Source: Candidatus Iainarchaeum sp. (GTDB lineage Archaea; Iainarchaeota; Iainarchaeia; Iainarchaeales; DTGL01). Taken from it: 29,586 nt of DNA. The DNA is taken from contig JAVYME010000010.1 in assembly GCA_038736825.1 (NCBI GenBank), positions 1-29,586 of the forward strand, read 5' to 3'. Position numbers and translations under genes: made by a program. Under the pieces are notes generated by a model. The model was given only the letters and a program-made list of their open reading frames with translations. It ran no database searches and had not been told where the DNA came from. Below, piece by piece: positions 1 through 7,037 of the stretch. Position 1 is the stretch's first letter, and every line of letters starts with the position of its first letter.

Positions 1-2
1 AA

Positions 3-554
3 ATAACGCTGTTCAGCTGTTTTTCCAATTCCACTGACTGGTTCACAAAATTCAATGGAAAAGCAGAAATGGAATTGAAAACCGAAAGCGGGAAAACCAT
101 TGGAAAAGCAGAATACTCTGGGGAAATCACTCCAAAAATAATTGCAATCAAAAAAGAACTGACAGCAGACAACGAATACGACAAGCTTTTCCTTACATCC
201 AAAATCTATGGCTCCACAGGCAGTCTAGATCAAGAAATAACCATTGTGTATGATTTCTCCAAGTTCAACACCAAGGAATCCTATAAAAAATACGTTTTGC
301 CATTGATAGACAAGGATTTGGACGGCATTTTAAACGAAGAAGATGAATGCCCTGAAGCAAAAGGCACTATTGAAAACAAGGGCTGCCCTACGGCCACTCA
401 AACACCAACTCCTGTTCAAACACAGCCTCCCAAGCCAACTGTGACTCCAGAACCCAAGCCAGACCTTTTGCTGCCAGTCCTTGCAATTGCAGTCCTAGCA
501 GTCCTTGTCCTTCTGGCCTTTTCAATGATGAAAAAAAAGAAAAAGGAAGTGTGA
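3..554 (+). CDS. Cell-surface protein, 3' part (5' end probably outside the window); thrombospondin type-3-like Ca-binding repeat, Pro/Thr-rich linker, C-terminal membrane anchor
   Basis: The frame is open from position 3 with no stop before the ATG at 69, so the gene likely starts upstream. DKDLDGILNEEDECP (309-353) fits the DxDxDGxxDxxDxCP TSP type-3 pattern. A linker TATQTPTPVQTQPPKPTVTPEPKP is followed by the hydrophobic helix LLLPVLAIAVLAVLVLLAFSMM and then KKKKKEV. Confidence 0.6.
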   Translation: MTLFSCFSNSTDWFTKFNGKAEMELKTESGKTIGKAEYSGEITPKIIAIKKELTADNEYDKLFLTSKIYGSTGSLDQEITIVYDFSKFNTKESYKKYVLPLIDKDLDGILNEEDECPEAKGTIENKGCPTATQTPTPVQTQPPKPTVTPEPKPDLLLPVLAIAVLAVLVLLAFSMMKKKKKEV

Positions 555-558
555 GAGA

Positions 559-2118
559 ATGAAAAAGGCGGGTTTGGCCCTTATCCTGGTTTTTTGTTTT
601 TTCATTTTTGCCCGAGCGTTTGCAGTGCAAACCGAAGTCGTGCTGGCATATCTTGGCCGCGACTCACCAACGATGACAAAAGTTTTGGAAAAACAGGTCA
701 GGCCTATAAACGAGATTTTTGGCCTTAATGCAGACCTGTCGCCCTTGGAGAAAACCGCCTCCATTGACCAAGAGCGGCGGTTAATTTTACAGGAAGACAC
801 TTTTGCGGTAAAACTTTCCACAAGCGTTCCGCAAACGGATTTCTCCTATTCCTTGCTCAGGGACGGGGTGGTTCTTGATTCGCAAAGCACAACCATACAA
901 TTGGGGGACACGATCCAGTTCAAGCCTAAAACCGATGATGTTGAAATCGACTGGTTTATCCAGGGCTCCGCAGCGGATTCGCCGCCAATAACAATACTGC
1001 CGCGGAGTGAAGCGCAATCCCTTTACCGGGAACTTTATCTCAGTTATTTGCGAAAATATCCTGCAGCCCAATGGGGGAATTCGGCGTCGGCGTATGCTGC
1101 CTACACTGCCCCCAAGTTTTCAACAAAAATAACCGATTTCAAGGCATCAGGCAATTATTATATTGCTGACAACGGCTACCCTGCCTACTTGGTTCCCATG
1201 GCGGGCGGGAAAAAGGCCGGTTTCCAAATGTTTTACTCTCCCGATCTTAGAACAGACAGCACTGACTGCAAAATAAGGAATGGTGTCCTCGAGTGCGTTG
1301 TCACCAAGAGCGGCAGCCTGCCGATAACCGTTTCCGGGGCAAGCTTCTTGCACGTTGACAAAATAATAGACGGAACCAAGGCAATCGACGCTGGGTGGGT
1401 TGCTTATTTGGGAAAGAACGCAACAATCGAGGGAACAACTGACCTGCCATATTCGTCCACAGAAAAAACCCTGCGGCTCCAGGTTGTCCCCAGAGGCAAA
1501 TCTGCACCAATGGCTGAATTCGAATGCAAGGCAGTTGTCAGGGGCACACCCTCTAAGGCTTATGTTGAATGTGACGCTTCTGCATCCAAAGACCCTGACG
1601 GGGAAATAAAAAGATATGATTGGTCCACAAATAACAAATCTTTTACACAAATTTTTGCTTCAAGTGCCAATACGTCCAAGCCAGTATTCACTTATGGTTC
1701 TTTCGGAAACCTTGGTTATGCAAGAGGCGGGTTTGAAGGCCTTGGCTCTCTCACGATTTCACTCAAAGTAACCGACAACGACGGCTATTTCGGGGAGAAA
1801 TACAAAACCTTTGATTTGACTGGCGAAACATTAAGGGAAATAAGTCCGGCCAAAAGGCTGTCTTTCGCAGCCTACTACAATCCTTCCACTAAAAAAGCTG
1901 ATTTGACTCTTTCAAACTGTCCTGCCGGTTCAACCCAAGCTTTTATTGACATTGACTTGCTTGGAGCTGACTCCAAGCCGACTCTTTCGGTTTTGGAAAA
2001 GCAGTCGATTGCCTGCGAGCAAACAACCGAGGTCGGGCCGATTACTGCAAAAGGTGTTTACCAGGCAACCGCAAAAATTGGGAGCGAAACACTGACCGCA
2101 ATCTTTTCTGTTCCCTGA
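559..2118 (+). CDS. Secreted protein with a PKD-like domain
   Basis: Signal-peptide-like N-terminus MKKAGLALILVFCFFIFARAFA. The internal segment ECDASASKDPDGEIKRYDWS...SLKVTDNDGYFGEKY matches the PKD-domain consensus (DAS.S.DPDG.I..Y.W ... VTD..G). It starts 5 nt after the upstream stop. Confidence 0.7.
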   Translation: MKKAGLALILVFCFFIFARAFAVQTEVVLAYLGRDSPTMTKVLEKQVRPINEIFGLNADLSPLEKTASIDQERRLILQEDTFAVKLSTSVPQTDFSYSLLRDGVVLDSQSTTIQLGDTIQFKPKTDDVEIDWFIQGSAADSPPITILPRSEAQSLYRELYLSYLRKYPAAQWGNSASAYAAYTAPKFSTKITDFKASGNYYIADNGYPAYLVPMAGGKKAGFQMFYSPDLRTDSTDCKIRNGVLECVVTKSGSLPITVSGASFLHVDKIIDGTKAIDAGWVAYLGKNATIEGTTDLPYSSTEKTLRLQVVPRGKSAPMAEFECKAVVRGTPSKAYVECDASASKDPDGEIKRYDWSTNNKSFTQIFASSANTSKPVFTYGSFGNLGYARGGFEGLGSLTISLKVTDNDGYFGEKYKTFDLTGETLREISPAKRLSFAAYYNPSTKKADLTLSNCPAGSTQAFIDIDLLGADSKPTLSVLEKQSIACEQTTEVGPITAKGVYQATAKIGSETLTAIFSVP

Positions 2119-2219
2119 ACCGGAAAGAGTCCACCTTAAAAGGCTCCTTTCCTCTGAAAATCCAGTGGTGAAAGGTTTAATAACAAGTTGCGCTTTTATT
2201 TTTTGGCAGGGGATGCGAA

Positions 2220-2522
2220 ATGCCGGAGAAAGAGGAAAAGAAGAGTGCGCTTTCTGAGCTAAAAATAGAGTTTCCCAAAATAGAGGTGCCTGCTGAAAAA
2301 AAAGGCGAAACCAAGACTGTGACTCTTACAGAAAAGCGCCAGGAAAAATTGCGCGAGATTTTGGATGACATGACTGAAGAAATGGAGCGCCTTGAAAGGA
2401 TTAGGGAGCGAGTGCGGGCTGAAAAGATTTCCTTTTTCACTCCAGAGCAAAACAAGAAGATTTTGGAAGAGATTGAGATTCCGCCTTTGAAGCTTATAAG
2501 GGATAAACCCAAGAGAAGCTGA
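2220..2522 (+). CDS. Hypothetical small, highly charged (Glu/Lys/Arg-rich) coiled-coil-like protein
   Basis: 100-aa ORF with ATG start and a plausible charged composition. The antisense ORFs are Ser/Phe/Leu-rich junk. No family recognised. Confidence 0.45.
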   Translation: MPEKEEKKSALSELKIEFPKIEVPAEKKGETKTVTLTEKRQEKLREILDDMTEEMERLERIRERVRAEKISFFTPEQNKKILEEIEIPPLKLIRDKPKRS

Positions 2523-2527
2523 TTTTA

Positions 2528-2875
2528 GTGTTGCGCAATAAGACAAGAAAAGCGGTTATTGCGAGAAAGGTTCGTTTTGCGAATTCTTTTTTTCTCAAAT
2601 TGAAGGGCTTGATGTTTGAGAAAAGGGATTGTTTTGATTATGCTCTTGTTTTTCCATTTGAAAGGGAAACAAGGTTTGGGGCAAGCATTCACATGCTTTT
2701 TGTTTTTTTTCCGATTGCTGCGGTTTATTTGAATGCGGATAAGAGAGTGGTTGATGTTGCAGTTTTGAAGCCTTTTACCCTGAATTATACTCCAAAAAAG
2801 CCAGCAAAATATTTGATAGAGCTTGCACAGGAAAAACTAGAACTTGTAAGGATTGGAGACTTGCTTGAGTTTTGA
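2528..2875 (+). CDS. DUF192 (COG1430) family protein
   Basis: GTG start 5 nt after the upstream stop. The pattern ...LKGLMFEK....ALVFPFE......IHMLFVFFPIAAVYLNADKRVVDV..LKPF..Y.P...A.YLIEL......V.IGD.LEF is the typical DUF192 layout. Confidence 0.65.
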   Translation: MLRNKTRKAVIARKVRFANSFFLKLKGLMFEKRDCFDYALVFPFERETRFGASIHMLFVFFPIAAVYLNADKRVVDVAVLKPFTLNYTPKKPAKYLIELAQEKLELVRIGDLLEF

Positions 2876-2884
2876 TTTTTTTTT
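2876..2884 (+). terminator. Oligo-T tract (T9) immediately after the DUF192 stop codon; archaeal-style terminator
   Basis: TGA at 2873-2875 is followed directly by nine T residues. Archaeal RNAP terminates at oligo-T tracts. Confidence 0.45.
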
Positions 2885-2930
2885 ATGTTGTCCTTGCAAG
2901 CCTTTTTTTAAGCCCAGAGTAAAAATTAGA

Positions 2931-2962
2931 GAGGAAAGTTAGGATGCGCCATAACTTTCCTC
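2931..2962. repeat. Perfect 11-bp inverted repeat with a 10-nt loop in a convergent intergenic region
   Basis: gaggaaagtta (2931-2941) / ggatgcgcca / taactttcctc (2952-2962). The arms are exact reverse complements. On the minus strand the hairpin is followed by tctaattttt. Confidence 0.85.
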
Positions 2963-3067
2963 CTTTGCCTTCTTTTGCCTTCTTGTTGCAGAATTCGGGG
3001 TGATATACCCAACCAGTATATAATACGCTTAGGTTATATATAAAACATATGCATTTGAAAAGGAAAT

Positions 3068-4003
3068 TCATTTATGGCTGAAAGTTGGCTTTCTTAACCT
3101 TTCCGCTTTTACGATTAATTTGTTACAATTTTCAATTTTGCAGTTTTTAAGCCTGATTCCCTCGCTTTCAAGCAGTTTTTTCTTTTTTTTTAAACCTTCA
3201 AAAAAGCCTCCCAGTGAAGAGTCTGATTTCACTATGCGATGGCATGGCACGATTGGTGCAAAAGGGTTTTTGTTCAAGCAATTTCCAACCGCCCGGCTTG
3301 ATTTTGGTTTTTCCAATGCCTTTGCAATTTCACCATATGTTGAAACCTTTCCTTTTGGCACAAGCATTGTTAGCCTGAAAACTTTGAGTGAAAATTGTTT
3401 TTTTTCAAAGTAAAGCCCTTTCTTTAAAATGTATTCTGTCACATTTTCAGGCAAAAGCCCTGCAATTGTTTTGCCTTTTCTTATTTTTTCCCTGATTTTT
3501 CTTGAAGAAATGTTTTCAACTGCAGTGCTTTGCGGGAGCACTATTGCGTTGTTTTGTTTTAGCCATGCTTCTTTTCTCCATCCTTTTTGCCCTTTTACTG
3601 GCACTACAACAAACCGTATTTCTCTTACAAGTTTTTCAAAACTGCCCCATTTTTTTATTTCTCTGACTAGGTCTGAGCCTATAACCCAAAAAAACTCGTG
3701 TTTTGGAAATTTTTTCTTGATTTCTTTTACTGTTTCAATTGTCCTGCTTTCCCTTCCTGTTTTTTTGCCCAACTCTATTTCGAACAATGAAAGCCTCATT
3801 CTTTTCATGTTTTTGAGGGCAATTTTCAGCATTTCAATTCTTTCCCTTTCCGGTGCAAAATCTTTGTTTTTTTTGAATGGGTGCAAATGGCATGGCAAAA
3901 ACCATACCTCTTTGCAGTCAGTGTGTTTTAGCACCAGTTCTGCTGCTTTTATGTGCCCGTTGTGGACTGGATTGAAGGAACCGCCAAACAATGCGATTTT
4001 CAT
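3068..4003 (-). CDS. nadD: Fusion protein: nicotinate-nucleotide adenylyltransferase (bacterial NadD type) + O6-alkylguanine-DNA alkyltransferase catalytic (C-terminal) domain
   Basis: The N-terminal ~200 aa carry GGSFNPVHNGH ((H/T)xGH motif), ISSRKIR (ISSTxxR motif) and ...YILKKGLY, the usual NadD C-terminus. The C-terminal ~95 aa carry KVSTYGEIA...SSRAVGNCLNKNPFAPIVPCHRIV...LGGF, the HTH, Asn hinge and PCHR(V/I) active-site Cys of the AGT/Ogt family. Confidence 0.8.
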   Translation of the reverse strand: MKIALFGGSFNPVHNGHIKAAELVLKHTDCKEVWFLPCHLHPFKKNKDFAPERERIEMLKIALKNMKRMRLSLFEIELGKKTGRESRTIETVKEIKKKFPKHEFFWVIGSDLVREIKKWGSFEKLVREIRFVVVPVKGQKGWRKEAWLKQNNAIVLPQSTAVENISSRKIREKIRKGKTIAGLLPENVTEYILKKGLYFEKKQFSLKVFRLTMLVPKGKVSTYGEIAKALEKPKSSRAVGNCLNKNPFAPIVPCHRIVKSDSSLGGFFEGLKKKKKLLESEGIRLKNCKIENCNKLIVKAERLRKPTFSHK

Positions 4004-4007
4004 TGAA

Positions 4008-4775
4008 TCACGCGTCCACTATAAATGGTTTTTTTCTCTTGTGATTGTTTGTTTCAATCCTTGAAAAAACCCTTGAAACAGCCTTTTTGCCGAATTTTTT
4101 TTCAAGCGCTTTTCTGTCTTTGTTTTTTTCAAAATGGTTTTTTAGAATGCTGTCAATTGTTTTGTATTTAACTCCGATTTCGCCTTCGTCTGTTTGCCCT
4201 CTCCACAGCCCGGCGGTTGGTTTTTTCTTAATGATTTCTTTTGGAATGCCAAGCCATTTTGCCAATTCAATTATTTCACTCTTGTAAAGGGAAGCAACAG
4301 GCATTATGTCACAAGCACTGTCCCCGTATTTTGTGAAATAGCCAAGCAAGAGCTCTGTTTTGTTTGAAGTGCCAACCACCAGGGCTTTTTTTGAATTGGC
4401 AAAAGAGTATAAAACCAGCATTCTTGCTCTTGCCCGCAGGTTTGCCCTTGCAAGCCTGCTGGGTTTCCAGACTGTTTCGCTTGCAGCATTACAAATTTTT
4501 TTTATTGGAAAAACGCAAAAATTGATTTTTGTTTTTGCAGCAATTTTAAGTGCATCCTGCAAGTCCCCGCCTTTTTCCTTTTTGTCATAGGGCATGAACA
4601 AAGCGAAAACATTTTTTGAACCAAGCGCTTTTTCCAGAACGTGTGCTGTCACTGCACTGTCAATTCCACCGCTTAAACCAAAAACTGCTTTGTTGAAGCC
4701 GTTTTTTTCAAAATATGCCCTTGTTTTCAACACTATTTTTTCAAAGGCGTTTTTGCAATCCATTATTTTCCCCAT
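4008..4775 (-). CDS. nadE: NH3-dependent NAD+ synthetase
   Basis: PP-loop GLSGGIDSAV, ~255 aa, with typical NadE blocks (LVVGTSNKTELLLGYFTKYGD, KKPTAGLW..QTDE). The stop lies 4 nt before the nadD-fusion start. The alternative start at M5 (4763) gives a TAATG overlap with the rbcL stop. Confidence 0.9.
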   Translation of the reverse strand: MGKIMDCKNAFEKIVLKTRAYFEKNGFNKAVFGLSGGIDSAVTAHVLEKALGSKNVFALFMPYDKKEKGGDLQDALKIAAKTKINFCVFPIKKICNAASETVWKPSRLARANLRARARMLVLYSFANSKKALVVGTSNKTELLLGYFTKYGDSACDIMPVASLYKSEIIELAKWLGIPKEIIKKKPTAGLWRGQTDEGEIGVKYKTIDSILKNHFEKNKDRKALEKKFGKKAVSRVFSRIETNNHKRKKPFIVDA

Positions 4776-5989
4776 TTTTTTAGGGCAACAGCAAGCTCTT
4801 TGTGTTTTACGGCAAATTCTTCCAGTGGAATGCCTTTTAGTGCAGCCTCAAGAGCTTGTCTCATTGCCATTGCGCCCTTTATCGTGCCTTGCGGGTGGCC
4901 ATGGATTCCTCCACCGCTTTGGATTATTATGTCTTTGCCTAAAGCGTTCACTAGAGGGGGCACTTTTGAAGGATACAAGCCGCCGGAAGCAACTGGAAAA
5001 ACGCTCTTTAAAGGCCCTTTTTCTTTTAGTGCTTGAACAATGGTTTTTACTTCGCTTTCTCCGCCTTCCATTTTTCCAAAAACAGCGCCTACATGCAATT
5101 GGTCTGCTCCCGCAAGCCTTGAAATTTTTGCAAGTACAAGCATTGAAATGCCGTGCTCTTTGTTTCTGGTGAAAGCCGCGTGTCCTGCACGGTGTGCGTG
5201 AATTATTAAGCCAAACTCTTGGTTTCGCAGGGTTTGCAGCGATGAAAGTCCTGCTGCAACAATGTCAATCATTGCGTGTGTGCCATTGCATTCTTTCACA
5301 AACTTTGCTCTTTTAAGCATTTCAAATGTTTCAGCGGTCACGTTTGGCATGTATGCTTTTTTTTCACCGGTTTCTCTTTCAGCTTTTTCAAGCATTTTCA
5401 AGGTGAGGGAAATTCTTTTCTTGAAATTGTTGAATTTCATGCTTGTAAGGTTTTCGTCATCCTTTACAATGTCACAGCCGCCAAGCCATGCCTCATAAGC
5501 GCATTTAGCGTGGCCTTTTTCGTTCAATCCAACTTTTGGCTTTACAATTGTTCCAATGAGCGGCCTGTTCTTGACTTTTAGTTTTTTTCTTACTCCTTCA
5601 ATGCCGTGTTTTGGGCCTTTAAAGGATTTCACGTATTCTTTGGGAAAGTCAACATCCTCTAGCCTTAAAGCCTGTACGTCGCTCATTCCATAAATGTTTC
5701 CGCAAATTCCAGACCAAAACTGTGGAAGGTTGCCTTTTTCAAATAGTTCTATTGGGTAAGCAATGCTTGCTTTTCCTGTGTTTTTGTTAAAATCAAAAAT
5801 TTTTGGTCCAAGTTTTTGCGCGATTTTTTTTTCAAGTGTTATGAGTTCAGTCCAAGTGCCAATTGAGGATTCTCTTGCAATGGAGTCAAGGCATTCTTCA
5901 AAAGACAATTTTTCTGATTTTTTGACGCTGAAATGCGCCACAATTTCGTTTTTTGCTGGCTTGTAGCCTTTTCTTATGAAAGAATCCAT
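4763..5989 (-). CDS. rbcL: Ribulose-1,5-bisphosphate carboxylase/oxygenase large subunit, form III-like
   Basis: RuBisCO active-site blocks are all present: ESSIGTWT, CGNIYG, IVKPKVGL, GGCDIVKDDENL (carbamylated Lys plus Asp/Glu), IHAHRAGHAA, LHVGAVFGKMEGG (loop 6 Lys), ASGGL and QSGGGIHGHP. I place the start at the first ATG (5989; MDSFIRKGYKP aligns with archaeal form III N-termini). The track ORF extends to a TTG at 6034. Confidence 0.9.
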   Translation of the reverse strand: MDSFIRKGYKPAKNEIVAHFSVKKSEKLSFEECLDSIARESSIGTWTELITLEKKIAQKLGPKIFDFNKNTGKASIAYPIELFEKGNLPQFWSGICGNIYGMSDVQALRLEDVDFPKEYVKSFKGPKHGIEGVRKKLKVKNRPLIGTIVKPKVGLNEKGHAKCAYEAWLGGCDIVKDDENLTSMKFNNFKKRISLTLKMLEKAERETGEKKAYMPNVTAETFEMLKRAKFVKECNGTHAMIDIVAAGLSSLQTLRNQEFGLIIHAHRAGHAAFTRNKEHGISMLVLAKISRLAGADQLHVGAVFGKMEGGESEVKTIVQALKEKGPLKSVFPVASGGLYPSKVPPLVNALGKDIIIQSGGGIHGHPQGTIKGAMAMRQALEAALKGIPLEEFAVKHKELAVALKKWGK

Positions 5990-5996
5990 GCAAATC

Positions 5997-6029
5997 AATA
6001 AAGAATAAAGAGAATAGGTATTTATTCTT
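5997..6029. promoter_or_regulatory. AT-rich divergent promoter region with a tandem heptamer and a 9-bp palindrome
   Basis: aataaag is repeated in tandem (5997-6003, 6004-6010). aagaataaa (6001-6009) and tttattctt (6021-6029) are exact reverse complements with an 11-nt spacer. The element lies between the divergent rbcL (ATG 5989) and cmk (ATG 6058). Confidence 0.35.
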
Positions 6030-6057
6030 TTCAACTCCTTTTTAATTGGTTTTTTTT

Positions 6058-6636
6058 ATGATTGTCATTGTTTCAGGTTTGCCGGGTTCTGGGAAAAGCA
6101 CTTTGGTTGAAAAAATTGCAAGAGAGTTCAATTTAAAGCCGGTTTTTGCTTCTGGCATTCTCAAGCAGATTAGGGAAAGGGAAAGGGTTGATTTTGAGAG
6201 TGCTGAGAAGGGCGCTGGGTTTTGGGAGAGCCTTGAGGGAAAAAATTTCACAAAACAAAGGGAAAAAGAACTGGATTTTGACAAAAAGCTAGACCAAGAA
6301 TTGTTGCGCATTGCCTCTTCAGGTGACAATCTCGTTTTTGATTCCAGGACAATGCCCTGGCTTTTCAAGGGCAAAGCCTTCAAAATATGGTTAAAGGCAT
6401 CGCTTGAAACCTGTGCAAAGCGCATTGCCAAGAGAGACAAAAAAAAGGCAAAAGAAATCCTTGAAGGCTTGCGGGAGCGCTTTGAGGCTGACAAAAGGAT
6501 TTACAAAAAACTTTACGGTTTTGAATTGGATGCTGATTTTTCGCCTTTTGACTTGGTTTTGGATACTGAAAAAATGAATGCAGAAAAAGTGTTTGAAAAA
6601 GTGAAGGCAGAAATAATTAAATGGCAGGCGCTTTAA
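6058..6636 (+). CDS. cmk: Archaeal-type cytidylate kinase / P-loop nucleoside-monophosphate kinase
   Basis: MIVIVSGLPGSGKSTL P-loop at the N-terminus. ...VFDSRTMPWLFKGKAFKIWLKASLETCAKRIAKRD resembles the archaeal Cmk block (ESRLAGW....ADLKIWLKAPLEVRAERIAKRE). I use the ATG at 6058 rather than the TTG at 6046. Confidence 0.7.
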   Translation: MIVIVSGLPGSGKSTLVEKIAREFNLKPVFASGILKQIRERERVDFESAEKGAGFWESLEGKNFTKQREKELDFDKKLDQELLRIASSGDNLVFDSRTMPWLFKGKAFKIWLKASLETCAKRIAKRDKKKAKEILEGLRERFEADKRIYKKLYGFELDADFSPFDLVLDTEKMNAEKVFEKVKAEIIKWQAL

Positions 6637-6640
6637 GGTT

Positions 6641-6841
6641 CTACTTTATTGCCAGCCTGATGTCTTCTGCAGTGATTGTTTTTCTTTTCGCGTGATTGGA
6701 AAAAACCCTTGCCTTTTGGCAAATTTTTATGCCTTCTTCTTCGAGCACGTTTGCAAGTTCTTGGACTGCATCCTCGCTGACTCTTTCTCCTCCAGCTTTG
6801 CGGATAATTCTATCAACAGCAGCCAAAGGCAGTTCTCCCAT
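6641..6841 (-). CDS. Archaeal histone (HMf/CBF-NFY fold)
   Basis: The 66-aa product MGELPLAAVDRIIRKAGGERVSEDAVQELANVLEEEGIKICQKARVFSNHAKRKTITAEDIRLAIK is a typical archaeal histone fold sequence. The internal ATG at 6841 is used, because the upstream extension is hydrophobic junk. Confidence 0.9.
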   Translation of the reverse strand: MGELPLAAVDRIIRKAGGERVSEDAVQELANVLEEEGIKICQKARVFSNHAKRKTITAEDIRLAIK

Positions 6842-7037
6842 AACCAAATCACCACTAAAAAGTAAAACCCAAAAAGATTTAAACATTTGCCTTTTTTCGG
6901 CTTTTTTGCCAATTTACAGCCCTAAAAAGGCTTTTTAAAGCAAAAAAAGAATGTTTCGGCTTTTTTTCCAAACGCAACCTTTAAATATTACAAAGCCCCA
7001 ATTCATAACAATAATTTTAAAATGGAGGTGTAAAAAA

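Noticed and set aside
1147-1650. 167-aa minus-strand ORF inside the PKD-protein gene; likewise 14250-14744 inside pckA and 6042-6494 inside cmk
   Set aside because: Cys/Arg/Phe-rich junk translations that lie entirely within better-supported genes on the other strand.
2883-3071. 62-aa minus-strand ORF whose ATG overlaps the nadD-fusion TGA stop as ATGA, suggesting translational coupling
   Set aside because: An AAA (Lys) codon before TGA creates ATGA by chance. The ORF traverses TATA-like AT-rich DNA and the perfect hairpin, and its composition is odd. I kept it only as an alternative reading in the intergenic-region finding, not as a feature.
3429-5172. Long plus-strand ORFs (3429-4064, 211 aa; 4594-5172, 192 aa; others) antisense to nadD-ogt, nadE and rbcL
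   Set aside because: The products are Phe/Ser/Leu/Cys-rich low-complexity strings with no motifs. The opposite strand encodes proteins with unmistakable catalytic motifs. These are typical shadow ORFs of AT-biased, Lys/Glu-rich genes.
6842-7037. N-terminal extensions offered by the ORF track (histone to 6886, membrane protein from 6951, hef from 7463, rnhB from 19139, folC from 22694, rpl44e to 16073, rpl35ae to 19110)
   Set aside because: The extensions are hydrophobic or low-complexity, often begin at TTG or GTG, and precede an ATG that aligns with the canonical family N-terminus. In one case (7038) that ATG has a GGAGGTG motif upstream.
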